Program-made: the position numbers and the translations under genes
Part shown: positions 1 through 10,418 of the stretch, piece after piece
Layout: every line of letters starts with the position of its first letter
How positions within the stretch are numbered: the stretch's first letter is position 1
Notes under the pieces: generated by a model
Database searches by the model: none
Told to the model about the DNA's origin: nothing
What the model saw: the letters and a program-made list of their open reading frames with translations, nothing else
Assembly: GCA_000008885.1 (NCBI GenBank)
Contig: BA000021.3
Coordinates: forward strand, 180,001-212,000
From: Wigglesworthia glossinidia endosymbiont of Glossina brevipalpis
Lineage (GTDB): Bacteria; Pseudomonadota; Gammaproteobacteria; Enterobacterales; Enterobacteriaceae
Length of the DNA: 32,000 nucleotides
Direction: 5' to 3'

Positions 1-322
1 TTAAATTAATTTTTTTTGCATATTGCTTTAATAAAGTGTTTTCTATTATTTTTAATAACACTTGATTTTTAAAAAAATTTAATTTGTGTTCATTTATATC
101 TAAATTGTCATTTATATTATTATTTATTTTAAAATTCATCATATTTTGTTGAAATTTATCATAAGAAATTTTTTCGTTATTTATTTTGATAATGTAACTT
201 TCATTATTTCCTGAAAAATATGTTCCTAATCCTGTTAAAAACAAAGATAAAATTAAGAAAATCAAAATAAATTTGTATATAATTTTTTTTGGTTTAAATA
301 ATAATTTTTTTTTGATAATCAT
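1..322 (-). CDS. ppiD: Periplasmic chaperone PpiD, N-terminal part (gene continues past the left window edge)
   Basis: Not in the ORF track. Manual minus-strand translation from ATG 322..320 stays open to position 2: MIIKKKLLFKPKKIIYKFILIFLILSLFLTGLGTYFSGNNESYIIKINNEKISYDKFQQ...NQVLLKIIENTLLKQYAKKINL. The N-terminal TM helix followed by TG..Y..G.N.Y..K.N...IS...F and QVL..LI...LL.QYA matches recalled E. coli PpiD. Its position downstream of lon matches E. coli. Confidence 0.8.
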   Translation of the reverse strand, partial: MIIKKKLLFKPKKIIYKFILIFLILSLFLTGLGTYFSGNNESYIIKINNEKISYDKFQQNMMNFKINNNINDNLDINEHKLNFFKNQVLLKIIENTLLKQYAKKINL

Positions 323-381
323 ATCAATAAAATAATTTTATAACATTTATTCAAATATTTAATTAAAAATACTATATTTAT

Positions 382-2712
382 TTAGAAAATAGAATCTTGC
401 AAAGATATATTAAACACTTCATCAATAATTTTTACTGGATGAATATTAAGTTCTTTAATTACATTTTCTGGCATATTTTCTAAATTTCTTTTATTTTCAT
501 AAGGAATTAAAACTGTTTTAATACCTCCTCTATGAGCAGCAAGAAGCTTTTCTTTTAACCCTCCAATTGGTAAAATTTGTCCTCTTAAAGTTATTTCTCC
601 TGTCATTGCTAAGCTTGAATTTACTGGATTTTTTGTTAAACATGAAACCAAAGCAGTACACATAGCTATTCCAGCGCTGGGACCGTCTTTAGGAGTAGAA
701 CCTTCTGGAACATGAACATGTATATCGTTTTTTTCATAAAAATCTGATTTTATTCCTAGTTTATTCGCTCTAGACCTGACAACTGTCAAAGCTGCTTGTA
801 TAGATTCTTGCATTACTTCTCCCAAAGATCCTGTGTAAATTAATTTGCCTTTTCCAGGCACGCAAGCAGTTTCTATAGTTAATAAATCACCTCCTACCTC
901 AGTCCATGCTAAACCTATTACTTGTCCTATTTTATTTTCTATTTCTGCTTTTCCATAATCAAATTTTTTAACGCCGAGAAAATCTTTTAAATTTTTTTTA
1001 TTTATTTTTATTCTATTTATGTTTTTGTTCATTAGTATAATCTTTACAGATTTTCTACATAGTTTCGAAATTTCTCTTTCTAAATTTCTTACTCCTGCTT
1101 CTCTAGTATAATAACGAATTATCCCCATCAGAGCATTATCTTCAACGTAAATTTCATTTTCTTTTAAAGCATTTCTATTTACCTGTTTAGGAAAAAGATG
1201 TTTTCTAGCAATATTTAATTTTTCATCTTCGGTATAACTAGATAATCTAATTACTTCCATGCGATCTAGAAGTGGAGCTGGTATCCTCATCGAGTTGGAA
1301 GTCGCAACAAACATGACGTCTGATAAATCATAATCCACTTCCAAATAATGATCATTAAATGCAATATTTTGCTCTGGATCTAACACTTCTAACAAGGCTG
1401 ATGCAGGATCACCTCTCATATCTGTAGACATTTTATCAATTTCATCAAGCAAAAATAATGGATTTTTTACTCCTACTTTAGACATCTTTTGTATTATTTT
1501 ACCTGGCATAGAACCTATATAAGTTCTTCTATGTCCGCGAATTTCCGCTTCATCTCTCATACCTCCTAAAGCCATTCTTATATATTTTCTTCCCGTGGCT
1601 TTTGCTATGGATTGACCTAAAGAAGTTTTTCCTACACCAGGTGGTCCCATTAAACATAAAATTGGACCTTTTATCTTTAAAACCCTGCTTTGAACAGCCA
1701 AGTATTCTAATATACGATCTTTAACTTTTTTTAATCCATAATGGTCTTTATCTAATATTTTTTGAGCAATTGATAGATTTTTTTTTATTTTACTTCTATT
1801 GTGCCATGGAACGGAGATCATCCAATCTATATATCCACGTACAACAGTTGCTTCTGCTGACATAGGAGACATCATTTTTAATTTTTGCAATTCAGAATCT
1901 GCTTTTTTCTTTACTTCTTTTGGCATTTTAGATAATTCAATTTTTCTTTTTAAAGATTCATGTTCGTCTGGATTATCTTCCATTTCTCCTAGTTCTTTTT
2001 GTATTGCTTTTATTTGTTCATTTAAATAATATTCTCTTTGACTTTTTTCCATTTGCTTTTTTACTCTATTTCTTATTCTTTTCTCTATTTGCAAAAGATC
2101 CATTTCTGATTCCATCATAGCCATTAAATATTCTAATCTTTCTGCAACAGATATCATTTCTAAAACTGCTTGTTTTCCAGATAGTTTTAAAGGCATATGG
2201 GAAGCTATAGTATCTGCTAACCTAGCTGCATCATTGATAGAACTCAAAGATGACAAAACTTCTGTTGGAATTTTTTTATTTAATTTAATATAATTTTCAA
2301 ATTGATTTATAGTAGCTCTTATTAAAACCTCTTGTTCTTGTTCATTAACTGATGTTGTATTAAAATAATTAGCTTCTGCAGTAAAATAATCTCCATTGTT
2401 TTTTAAAGAAATAATACGAGCTCTAGAAATACCTTCTACTAACACTTTTACTGTACCATCAGGAAGCTTTAACATTTGCAAAATTGAAGAAATAGTTCCT
2501 ACTAAAAAAAGATCATCTATATTTGGTTCATCTTTTGATGCTTCTTTTTGAGCAATCAACATAATTTTTTTATCTTTATCCATAGAAATTTCGAGACATC
2601 GAATTGATTTTTCTCTTCCTACAAAAAGAGGTACGACCATATGAGGATATACGACAACATCTCTTAAAGGAAGTACTGGAATATCTATTTGTTGGGAGTG
2701 CTCAGGATTCAT
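382..2712 (-). CDS. lon: ATP-dependent Lon protease
   Basis: 776 aa ORF. Walker A GPPGVGKTS, catalytic-Ser context PKDGPSAG, and a Lon N-domain start (IPVLPLRDVVVYPHMVVPLFVGREKSI). AGAGAG Shine-Dalgarno-like motif 5 nt upstream of the ATG. Sits in clpP-clpX-lon synteny. Confidence 0.97.
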   Translation of the reverse strand: MNPEHSQQIDIPVLPLRDVVVYPHMVVPLFVGREKSIRCLEISMDKDKKIMLIAQKEASKDEPNIDDLFLVGTISSILQMLKLPDGTVKVLVEGISRARIISLKNNGDYFTAEANYFNTTSVNEQEQEVLIRATINQFENYIKLNKKIPTEVLSSLSSINDAARLADTIASHMPLKLSGKQAVLEMISVAERLEYLMAMMESEMDLLQIEKRIRNRVKKQMEKSQREYYLNEQIKAIQKELGEMEDNPDEHESLKRKIELSKMPKEVKKKADSELQKLKMMSPMSAEATVVRGYIDWMISVPWHNRSKIKKNLSIAQKILDKDHYGLKKVKDRILEYLAVQSRVLKIKGPILCLMGPPGVGKTSLGQSIAKATGRKYIRMALGGMRDEAEIRGHRRTYIGSMPGKIIQKMSKVGVKNPLFLLDEIDKMSTDMRGDPASALLEVLDPEQNIAFNDHYLEVDYDLSDVMFVATSNSMRIPAPLLDRMEVIRLSSYTEDEKLNIARKHLFPKQVNRNALKENEIYVEDNALMGIIRYYTREAGVRNLEREISKLCRKSVKIILMNKNINRIKINKKNLKDFLGVKKFDYGKAEIENKIGQVIGLAWTEVGGDLLTIETACVPGKGKLIYTGSLGEVMQESIQAALTVVRSRANKLGIKSDFYEKNDIHVHVPEGSTPKDGPSAGIAMCTALVSCLTKNPVNSSLAMTGEITLRGQILPIGGLKEKLLAAHRGGIKTVLIPYENKRNLENMPENVIKELNIHPVKIIDEVFNISLQDSIF

Positions 2713-2894
2713 AATAAGTCTCTCTTAATTTATTTTATTATTTATTTATAACATTAATAATATAATAATTATTTAATATAAAGAATTAGCGAATTCCAAA
2801 TTTGTAATTTATTTGCTAAATTAGTATTTAAAATAAAAATAAAAATTTTTATATTTTAAAAATTTTTATTTATTTAATTCATTATTATTTATTT

Positions 2895-4142
2895 TTAATT
2901 GAAAATAAATAATGGTTTTTCTTTTCTTAAAATTACTCCATCATTAATAACTATTTTTTGAACATTCTTCTTAGAAGGAAGAGAATACATAGTATCCAGC
3001 AAAATATGTTCTATAATTGATCTTAATCCGCGAGCACCAGTTTTTTTATGAAGAGATTCTTTTGCTATAGAAATGAGTGCATTTTCATTAAATTCTAATT
3101 CTACTCCTTCTAAATTAAATAATAATTTATATTGTTTGACCAATGCATTTTTTGGTTGTATTAAAATTTCAATCAATTCTGATATATTTAATTCTTTTAA
3201 TACTGATATAATTGGTAATCTACCTACAAACTCTGGTATTAATCCAAATTTAATCAAATCTTCTGGCTGTACTTGTGATAAAAAATTTTTTTTATTATTT
3301 ATATTTAACTTATTATTTATATCGACATTAAATCCTATACTGTTTTTTACTAAAACCCTTTGTTCAATTATTTTATTGAGACCAGAAAATGCTCCTCCGC
3401 AAATAAATAAAATGTTAGTAGTATCTACATGAAAAAATTCTTGTTGAGGATGTTTTCTACCTCCTTTTTTAGGAACAGCTGAAATTGTACCTTCAATTAA
3501 TTTTAATAAAGCTTGTTGTACACCTTCACCCGAAACATCTCTTGTTATAGATGGATTGTCTGATTTTCTTGATATTTTATCAATTTCATCTATATATATA
3601 ATACCATGTTGTGCTTTCTTAATATCAAAATCACATTTATTAAGCAATCTTTGTATTACATTCTCGACATCTTCTCCTACATATCCAGCTTCTGTTAGCG
3701 TAGTTGCATCTGATATTATAAATGGAACTTTAAGAAATCTAGCTAAAGTTTCTGCTAAAAGAGTTTTTCCACTTCCAGTTGGTCCTATTAACAATACGTT
3801 ACTTTTACCTAATTCAACTTTATTATTAGATTTTAGGTTTTTTAGCTTTTTATAATGATTGTATACTGATACAGATAATATCTTTTTTGCTGTTTCTTGC
3901 CCGATAACATAACTGTTTAAATAGTTGAATATTTCACATGGTTTAGGTAAATACATATTTTCATATAAAGAAAATTCTAATTGTTTTTTTTCTTCTTGTA
4001 CTATATTGTTGCATAAAATTACACATTCGTCGCAAATATATACTGACATTCCAGCAATTAATTTTTTTACTTCATTTTGATTTTTTCCGCAGAAAGAGCA
4101 GCAAAGAAATTTATTGGAAACATTTTTACGATTATCTATCAT
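2895..4142 (-). CDS. clpX: ATP-dependent Clp protease ATP-binding subunit ClpX
   Basis: 415 aa. N-terminal C4 zinc-binding module (CSFCGK...CDEC), Walker A GPTGSGKT, and IYIDEIDK Walker B region. Lies between clpP and lon. Confidence 0.97.
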
Positions 4143-4235
4143 TAATAACTCTCTATTAAATATTAATTTATATGATAAGTTAAGATCAATTTTTAATAAA
4201 AATTAATTTAATATTTAATTTTTTAAATTAAAATA

Positions 4236-4820
4236 TTATTTACGACATGTTATTACTTTATCAATTAACCCGTAAATAACAGCTTCTGATCCGGAAAAAA
4301 ATCTATCTCTTTCTGTATCTTTAGAAATTATTTCTGCAGACTGTCCTGTATGTTTTGATAATAATTCAATCATGCATTTTTTTATTTTTAAAATTTCTGT
4401 AGTATGTATTGCAATATCAGTCGCTTGCCCTTGAGATCCGCCTAAAGGTTGATGAATCATTATTCTAGCATTAGGCAAAGAAAATCTTTTTCCTTTTTCT
4501 CCAGATGCTAGTATTAAAGCTGCCATAGAGGATGACTGCCCTATACATAATGTACTAACTTCGCACTTTATAAATTGCATAGTGTCATAAATAGACATTC
4601 CAGATGTTACAACTCCTCCTGGAGAATTGATATATAAAAATATATCTTTTTCTGGATCTTCTGATTCTAAAAATATCATTTGAGCAATAATCAAATTTGC
4701 CATATAATCTTCTATTTTTCCAGTTACAAAAATTATACGTTCTTTTAATAGGCGTGAAAAAATGTCATAAGATCTTTCACCTCTAGCATTTTTTTCTACA
4801 ACTGTTGGAATTAAATTCAT
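4236..4820 (-). CDS. clpP: ATP-dependent Clp protease proteolytic subunit ClpP
   Basis: 194 aa. Ser-His-Asp contexts [14 protein letters not shown] and TERDRFFS. It starts at the equivalent of the mature E. coli N-terminus, so there is no propeptide. Confidence 0.97.
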   Translation of the reverse strand: MNLIPTVVEKNARGERSYDIFSRLLKERIIFVTGKIEDYMANLIIAQMIFLESEDPEKDIFLYINSPGGVVTSGMSIYDTMQFIKCEVSTLCIGQSSSMAALILASGEKGKRFSLPNARIMIHQPLGGSQGQATDIAIHTTEILKIKKCMIELLSKHTGQSAEIISKDTERDRFFSGSEAVIYGLIDKVITCRK

Positions 4821-4933
4821 TTTTATATTTTAAAATTATTATATATTAGATGTGATATTAGAAAAAATTAAGTATAAAAATTTCAAAAAAAAATTATTTT
4901 ATTATATCAATTTTTTAAAATTTTTTATTTATT

Positions 4934-6241
4934 TTATTTATAATTTTCTAAATTTTTAATAAGGTTTTTTAAATTTATTTTTTTTTCTTTATTTACAGAT
5001 TTAGAGAGAATATATTTAATTATATTATTTTCTAAATTAGAATTTATTATTTTTTTTGTAAAATTTTTATTATTTTTATATTTTTTCCAAAATTTTTTAG
5101 GAATTTTATTTTCTTCTAATGTTTTTTCTACCAAATATTTTTCATTTATATTATTTTTTCTTATTTTTTTATGTAAAAAAAATTCTCCAAAAAACATTCT
5201 GTGTTTAGTTTTATTAATTAATTTATTTTTAATGCTACTATGAAGTAATGATAAAACATTTATTTTAGAAAAATCATTTAAATTACAATTTAAATTTGTA
5301 CTTAAAAAATTTTTTATTTCATTCTCGAACAATATGCTAGGAATATTAATTTTGTTATATAAAAAAAATTTTTTTACTATTTGATTTTTTATATACATTT
5401 TAGACAAATATTCTGATTGAATAAATATATTCTTTTTAATTAAAATTTTAAATTCTTCATAAGAAGAAATTCCTTCTATTCCAATCTTTTTAAAAAATTT
5501 TGAATTAAAATTATGTAATACTTTTTTTTCTACTTTTTTTATTTTTATTATATAGTTTAATGATAATTTATTATATTTTACAATATTTTTTTGTTTATTT
5601 AAAAATAAAGGTAAAATAATATATTCTCCAGATTTCTTATCTAAAAGATTATCTTCAATATAATTACAAATTATATTTTTTCCTGTTATAAAAATTAAAT
5701 TTGAAATTACTTTATTAGGTTTTTTGTTTTTGCATATTTCTTCTATACTTATAGTAACTCTATTTTGTTTTAAAATGCTTGAATCGCTTATATTCCAATC
5801 ACAATTTTCTTCAATTATAGTATTAATAAAAAAATCTATATCTTCATTTTCTATTTTTAATATAGGTTGTTTTATTATAATTTTATCTAAATTATTAAAT
5901 TTTAATTTATTATAATATGAAAATTTTATATATAAATTATAATTTTTGTTTTTATTATCTATTTTTACTTTATAATTTATTTCTCCTAAAATTATAATTT
6001 TTTTATTTAAAATATATTCTGAAAATTTTTTTTTCATTAATTCTTTAATTGTATCTTCATATATATGAGCTTCATATTTATTTTTCAAAATTAATTTAGG
6101 AACTTTGCCTTTTCTAAAACCATTAATACAAATTTTTTTTTGCATTATTTTAAGTTTTTTATCTACTTCTAATTCAACCTCATAATAAGAAATAATAATT
6201 TTTATTTCTTTTTTTAAATTTGAAATTTCTTGAATTTGCAT
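4934..6241 (-). CDS. tig: Trigger factor (highly diverged)
   Basis: 435 aa. Keeps the ribosome-binding signature GFRKGKVP near the N-terminus and a KKVEKKVL...FFKKIG block collinear with E. coli TF. Position upstream of clpP fits. The rest is Lys/Asn/Ile-rich and poorly conserved. Confidence 0.85.
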   Translation of the reverse strand: MQIQEISNLKKEIKIIISYYEVELEVDKKLKIMQKKICINGFRKGKVPKLILKNKYEAHIYEDTIKELMKKKFSEYILNKKIIILGEINYKVKIDNKNKNYNLYIKFSYYNKLKFNNLDKIIIKQPILKIENEDIDFFINTIIEENCDWNISDSSILKQNRVTISIEEICKNKKPNKVISNLIFITGKNIICNYIEDNLLDKKSGEYIILPLFLNKQKNIVKYNKLSLNYIIKIKKVEKKVLHNFNSKFFKKIGIEGISSYEEFKILIKKNIFIQSEYLSKMYIKNQIVKKFFLYNKINIPSILFENEIKNFLSTNLNCNLNDFSKINVLSLLHSSIKNKLINKTKHRMFFGEFFLHKKIRKNNINEKYLVEKTLEENKIPKKFWKKYKNNKNFTKKIINSNLENNIIKYILSKSVNKEKKINLKNLIKNLENYK

Positions 6242-6667
6242 ATTTTATATTTAAAATTTTATATAAAAATAAATATTATGTATATTTTAACTTAAAGTAA
6301 AATATTTTCAAAAATAAATATATTGAATAATACATATAAATTTTAGTATTAAATTAATTTTTGTAAAAATATTAATTTTATTATTCATTATATGAGAAAA
6401 AAAAATATTTACAAAAAATATTTTTATGTACTAATTTTTATTAAAATATAAATAATAAATAAAAGTGATTTATGTAAAAACTATTTATAATTTATATAAA
6501 AATATTTATTTTAAAATTCTTATATATAATAATTTTTATAAATTAATTAATAACAAATAAATTTTATTGTTTATTATGAATGTTAAATAAATGCTTATTT
6601 TTTTCATCAAATTTCAAATTAACTTTTTAAATTTTTTTAAAAATTAAATACATATATTTTTATATAA

Positions 6668-7834
6668 TTAAAAATTATTTTTGTATGAAAAAGTAATATA
6701 TATCCAAATTAAAATAATTAATATTAAAAATAAAAATACTAAAAAATCATTTTTATTATAAAATAATAATCCTCCTATTAACCCTCCAAAAGCTACTCCA
6801 AAAAATTGACTAGTAGAATATATTCCCATTGCAGTTCCTTTATATTTTAAAGGTGCTATTTTACTAATACATGCTGGTAATATAACTTCTAATGCACTAA
6901 ATCCTAAAAAAAACATCTGAATTCCAATATAAGAAATATATATATTTTTACTATTGAATAGTAAAAATATTTCTGAAATTAATAACATAGAAATAAAAAA
7001 ATATAATTTTTTATTAATGTTCTTTGAATAATTAAATTTAAAAAAACTAAATAATATTGATAATATTAATAAAGAAATCAAAATGCTTAAAAAGTATACC
7101 TTCCAGTGGTTTTTCAAAGAACATCCTGCATTAGAAATTAAAAACGGAAATACTATAAAATTAGAAATTAAAATAGAATGTAGAAAAAAAATACTTAAAT
7201 TAATATACATAATAAATTTATTATTAAAAATACTTGTAAATGCATTTTTAAATGTTTTTATATTTTTATTGTTTGTTTTATTTGAACTTGGAATTATAAA
7301 TAAAATCAAAAAAATGCTTAAAATAGACAAAAATAATGTAATCCAAAATATACTTTTTATTCCAAAATTTATAGCTAAAATTGGCCCAAATATAATAGAC
7401 AAAGCAAATGTTATTCCAAAGCTAGAACCAATAAAAGCCATAGATTTTATTCTATTTTTTTCACTAGTTAAATCTGTTATTAAAGCCATAATTACAGAAG
7501 AAATCGCACCCATTCCTTGTATTGCACGTCCTAATATTATTATCCATATATTATTGAATATTCCACATATAAAACTTCCTATTATTATTAATAAAAAACC
7601 AATTATTATTATATTTTTTCTTCCATATTTATCTGAAAGTAATCCGAATGGAATTTGAAATATTGATTGAGTTACTCCATAAATCCCAATAGATATACCT
7701 ATTAAAAAAGAATTAGCTCCATTAAATGACATTCCATAATTACTCAAAACAGGCAATATCATAAAAACTCCAAACATACGAAATGAAAATATTATGCTTA
7801 ATACATATAAAAATTTTTTTTCTAAATTGTTCAT
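6668..7834 (-). CDS. yajR: MFS transporter, YajR-like, without the C-terminal YAM domain
   Basis: 388 aa and about 12 hydrophobic segments. A long N-terminal half is collinear with recalled E. coli YajR (FS.RM.G.FM.LPVL..YGM...GA....IG..IGIYG.TQ..FQIPFGLLSD..GRK; ILGRA.QG.GAI....MAL..DLT.E.NR.K.MAFIG.SFGITFA). Contains MFS motif A. Confidence 0.8.
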   Translation of the reverse strand: MNNLEKKFLYVLSIIFSFRMFGVFMILPVLSNYGMSFNGANSFLIGISIGIYGVTQSIFQIPFGLLSDKYGRKNIIIIGFLLIIIGSFICGIFNNIWIIILGRAIQGMGAISSVIMALITDLTSEKNRIKSMAFIGSSFGITFALSIIFGPILAINFGIKSIFWITLFLSILSIFLILFIIPSSNKTNNKNIKTFKNAFTSIFNNKFIMYINLSIFFLHSILISNFIVFPFLISNAGCSLKNHWKVYFLSILISLLILSILFSFFKFNYSKNINKKLYFFISMLLISEIFLLFNSKNIYISYIGIQMFFLGFSALEVILPACISKIAPLKYKGTAMGIYSTSQFFGVAFGGLIGGLLFYNKNDFLVFLFLILIILIWIYITFSYKNNF

Positions 7835-8009
7835 AATTATTTATAATTAAATTAATATAAAATTTATTTTTATATAAAAAATAATTATATATTAATTTTT
7901 TAAATTTATTATTTTGTATTAAATTTTATTTAAATTTAATTAAATTTAAAAATAAATAAAATAGTTAAATTTTTTACAAATTTATATTCATGTTTAAATA
8001 TGTTTAGAA

Positions 8010-9023
8010 TTAAATTACTTTTTGTGAAAATTTTAACATTCGCATTAATGGTTTTAGCGCCTTTTTTTGTAGATCATGTGGTATATTTATTTCATTATGT
8101 TTTTTTTTATTAGTTAAACTTTTTATAATCCTATTTATATTATTCATTTTCATCCATGGACACCTTGCACAACTTAAACACGTTAATCCTTCTCCTGATG
8201 TTGGAGCTTCTATTAGTATTTTATCTGGACAAGCTTGTTGCATTTTAAAAAAAATTCCTTTATCAGTAGCAATAATGATCGTTTTTTGATTTATTGATTT
8301 AGCAGCTTGTATTAATTGACTTGTAGATCCTATAAAATCTGCTAAATTCAGAACGTTTTCCGGAGACTCAGGATGAGCTAATATAGCAGATTTTGGATAA
8401 ATTTTTTTCATATTTAATAATGATTGTGATTTAAATTCATCATGAACTATACAAGTTCCATTCCATATTAATATATCTGCTCCAGTTTGTTTTTGAATGT
8501 ATCTGCCTAAATGTTTATCTGGAGCCCATATTATTTTTTCACCAAGTCTATCTAAATAATCAATAAGATCAATTGCTATACTAGATGTAACTATCCAATG
8601 AGCTCTTGCTTTTATAGCAGCTGATGTATTTGCATATACAACTATAGTTCTATCTGGATGATTATCACAAAATTTATTAAACTCTTTTTCTGGACAGCTT
8701 AAGTCTAAAGAACATTCTGCTTTTAACGTAGGCATTAAAACTATTTTTTCTGGATTTAAAATTTTAGCAGTTTCACCCATAAATCTTACTCCAGCAACTA
8801 ATAAAGTTTTTGCTTTATGATTTTTCCCAAACTTTGCCATTTCTAAAGAATCTGCTACTTTTCCTCCTGTGGCCTCAGTAATAGCTTGTATATCAGGAGT
8901 AGTATAATAATGAGAAACAATAACGGCATCATTGATTTTTAATAAATTTGATATTATTTTAAAATCTTTAGATTTTTTTATATCAGACGATAAATATGAA
9001 TCGGTTTCTTTTTTTTTACTCAT
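8010..9023 (-). CDS. nadA: Quinolinate synthase A
   Basis: 337 aa, collinear with E. coli NadA ([70 protein letters not shown]). The three Fe-S cysteine contexts are present. GGAGA Shine-Dalgarno motif upstream. Confidence 0.95.
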   Translation of the reverse strand: MSKKKETDSYLSSDIKKSKDFKIISNLLKINDAVIVSHYYTTPDIQAITEATGGKVADSLEMAKFGKNHKAKTLLVAGVRFMGETAKILNPEKIVLMPTLKAECSLDLSCPEKEFNKFCDNHPDRTIVVYANTSAAIKARAHWIVTSSIAIDLIDYLDRLGEKIIWAPDKHLGRYIQKQTGADILIWNGTCIVHDEFKSQSLLNMKKIYPKSAILAHPESPENVLNLADFIGSTSQLIQAAKSINQKTIIIATDKGIFFKMQQACPDKILIEAPTSGEGLTCLSCARCPWMKMNNINRIIKSLTNKKKHNEINIPHDLQKKALKPLMRMLKFSQKVI

Positions 9024-9446
9024 AAATATATATCTCCAAAAATTAAAATAAATAATTATATTAAAAGTAAAGCAAGTACAAATATTTTATTTGATAAAAA
9101 TAAATATTGAATTTTTATTTAAAAATTTTTATTTAATTTATTTATACATAAAACATATTATTAATAATATAATTTATAATTAATGTTTATTATGAAAATA
9201 ACATAATTAAATATTTTTGTAAAAAGCTTTTATAAGTATAAAATATATATTTTATAAAATATTAAAATTAATAAATTTTATATTTAAATATTTTTAATAA
9301 TATTATTAATTATAAAATAGAAAATTAAAAAATATAAAATGAAACATTTAAAAAATTTTTAATACTTATATATGGTGTGTTATATTTTATAAAAAATGAT
9401 TTTTGTTTTAATGAAGTTTAAAAATTTTTAAATATTAAATATATTT

Positions 9447-10418
9447 ATGTTAAATTTTAAAAAATTATCAATAATAATACCTGTATACAACGAACAAGAT
9501 AGTTTAATTGAACTAATTAAACGTACTGTTAATACTTGTTCTAAATTAAAAATAAAATATGAAATAATAATAATAGATGATGGAAGTAACGATAAATCTA
9601 TAAATATTTTAGAAAAAGAAGCTTTAAAACAAAATAGCAAAATAGTAGCAATTTTTTTAAAAAAAAATTATGGGCAACACTCTGCAATTATGGCTGGATT
9701 TAAGCATTCTAGTGGAGACCTAGTTATTACTATGGATGCAGATTTACAAAATCCTCCAGAAGAAATTCCTAAGTTAATTTTAAATGCTGAAAAAGGATAT
9801 GATGTAATAGGAACTTTTAGACAGAATAGAAAAGATAATTGGTTCAGAAAAATTAGCTCTAGATTAATTAATATTATAATTCAAATAGTTATTGGAAAAA
9901 GCATGAAAGATTATGGATGTATGCTTCGTGCTTACAATAGAAATATAATAAATTCTATTTTAGAATATAACAAAAAAAATATTTTTATTCCAATTTTAGC
10001 AAATACATTATCTAAAAATATAATTGAAATACCAGTGTTACATTATGAAAGAGAATTTGGGTGTTCTAAATATAATCTTATTAAATTAATTAAATTAATA
10101 TATGATTTATTCTTTTGTATTTCTTTTAATTTAATAAAAAAAAACAAAATGTTCAATATTTTTATTATATTAATATTTTTGGCTGTTTTAATGTCAATAG
10201 TATTTTTTTTTATTTTTTTTCTTAAAATAAAATTAAATATTTTTTATAAAATATTATTTATCCCAATTATAATAACTTTATTCTTAATAAAATCATTTAT
10301 AATAATAATATTAAAAATACTTATTGATATCTTTTTTGTCAAAGCTAAAAAAAATTCTATTTATTATATAAATAAAATTATTAAAAATAATTTTTCTAAA
10401 AAAAAGGATGTTACATGA
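9447..10418 (+). CDS. arnC: Undecaprenyl-phosphate 4-deoxy-4-formamido-L-arabinose transferase
   Basis: 323 aa. GT2 N-terminus IPVYNEQ.SL.ELI.RT, then [31 protein letters not shown] and [10 protein letters not shown], as in E. coli ArnC. Two C-terminal TM helices. Its stop overlaps the arnA start (ATGA at 10415-10418). Confidence 0.93.

Noticed and set aside
2780-2800. Possible heat-shock or sigma70 promoter upstream of lon (minus-strand TTGGAATTCGC followed by TATATT/TATTAA-like boxes)
   Set aside because: The spacing to any -10-like hexamer is not convincing. TA-rich hexamers are everywhere in this composition, so the sequence alone cannot support it.
2836-2876. A/T-only palindromes and direct repeats (ATAAAAATTTTTAT twice) between clpX and lon, and a similar AATTTTTATAAAAATT downstream of nadD (about 23575-23600)
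   Set aside because: Such A/T palindromes are expected by chance at this composition. They would form very weak RNA stems, so I do not call them terminators.
3073-3855. Two plus-strand ORFs (119 aa and 99 aa) inside clpX
   Set aside because: They are antisense shadows of the strongly conserved clpX. They show no homology signal by eye.
6536-6607. 23-codon hydrophobic minus-strand ORF (MKKISIYLTFIINNKIYLLLINL) in the tig upstream spacer
   Set aside because: It is too short, has no ribosome-binding site, and has no conservation evidence available. Random ORFs of this size are common.
7083-7658. 191-aa plus-strand ORF
   Set aside because: It lies entirely antisense to the well-supported yajR-like gene. 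The sequence is low-complexity I/K/L/N/F with no recognisable motif. It is a typical shadow ORF.
9428-9640. 70-aa minus-strand ORF overlapping the arnC start
   Set aside because: It is antisense to the conserved GT2 N-terminus of arnC. It is hydrophobic and low-complexity, so likely spurious.
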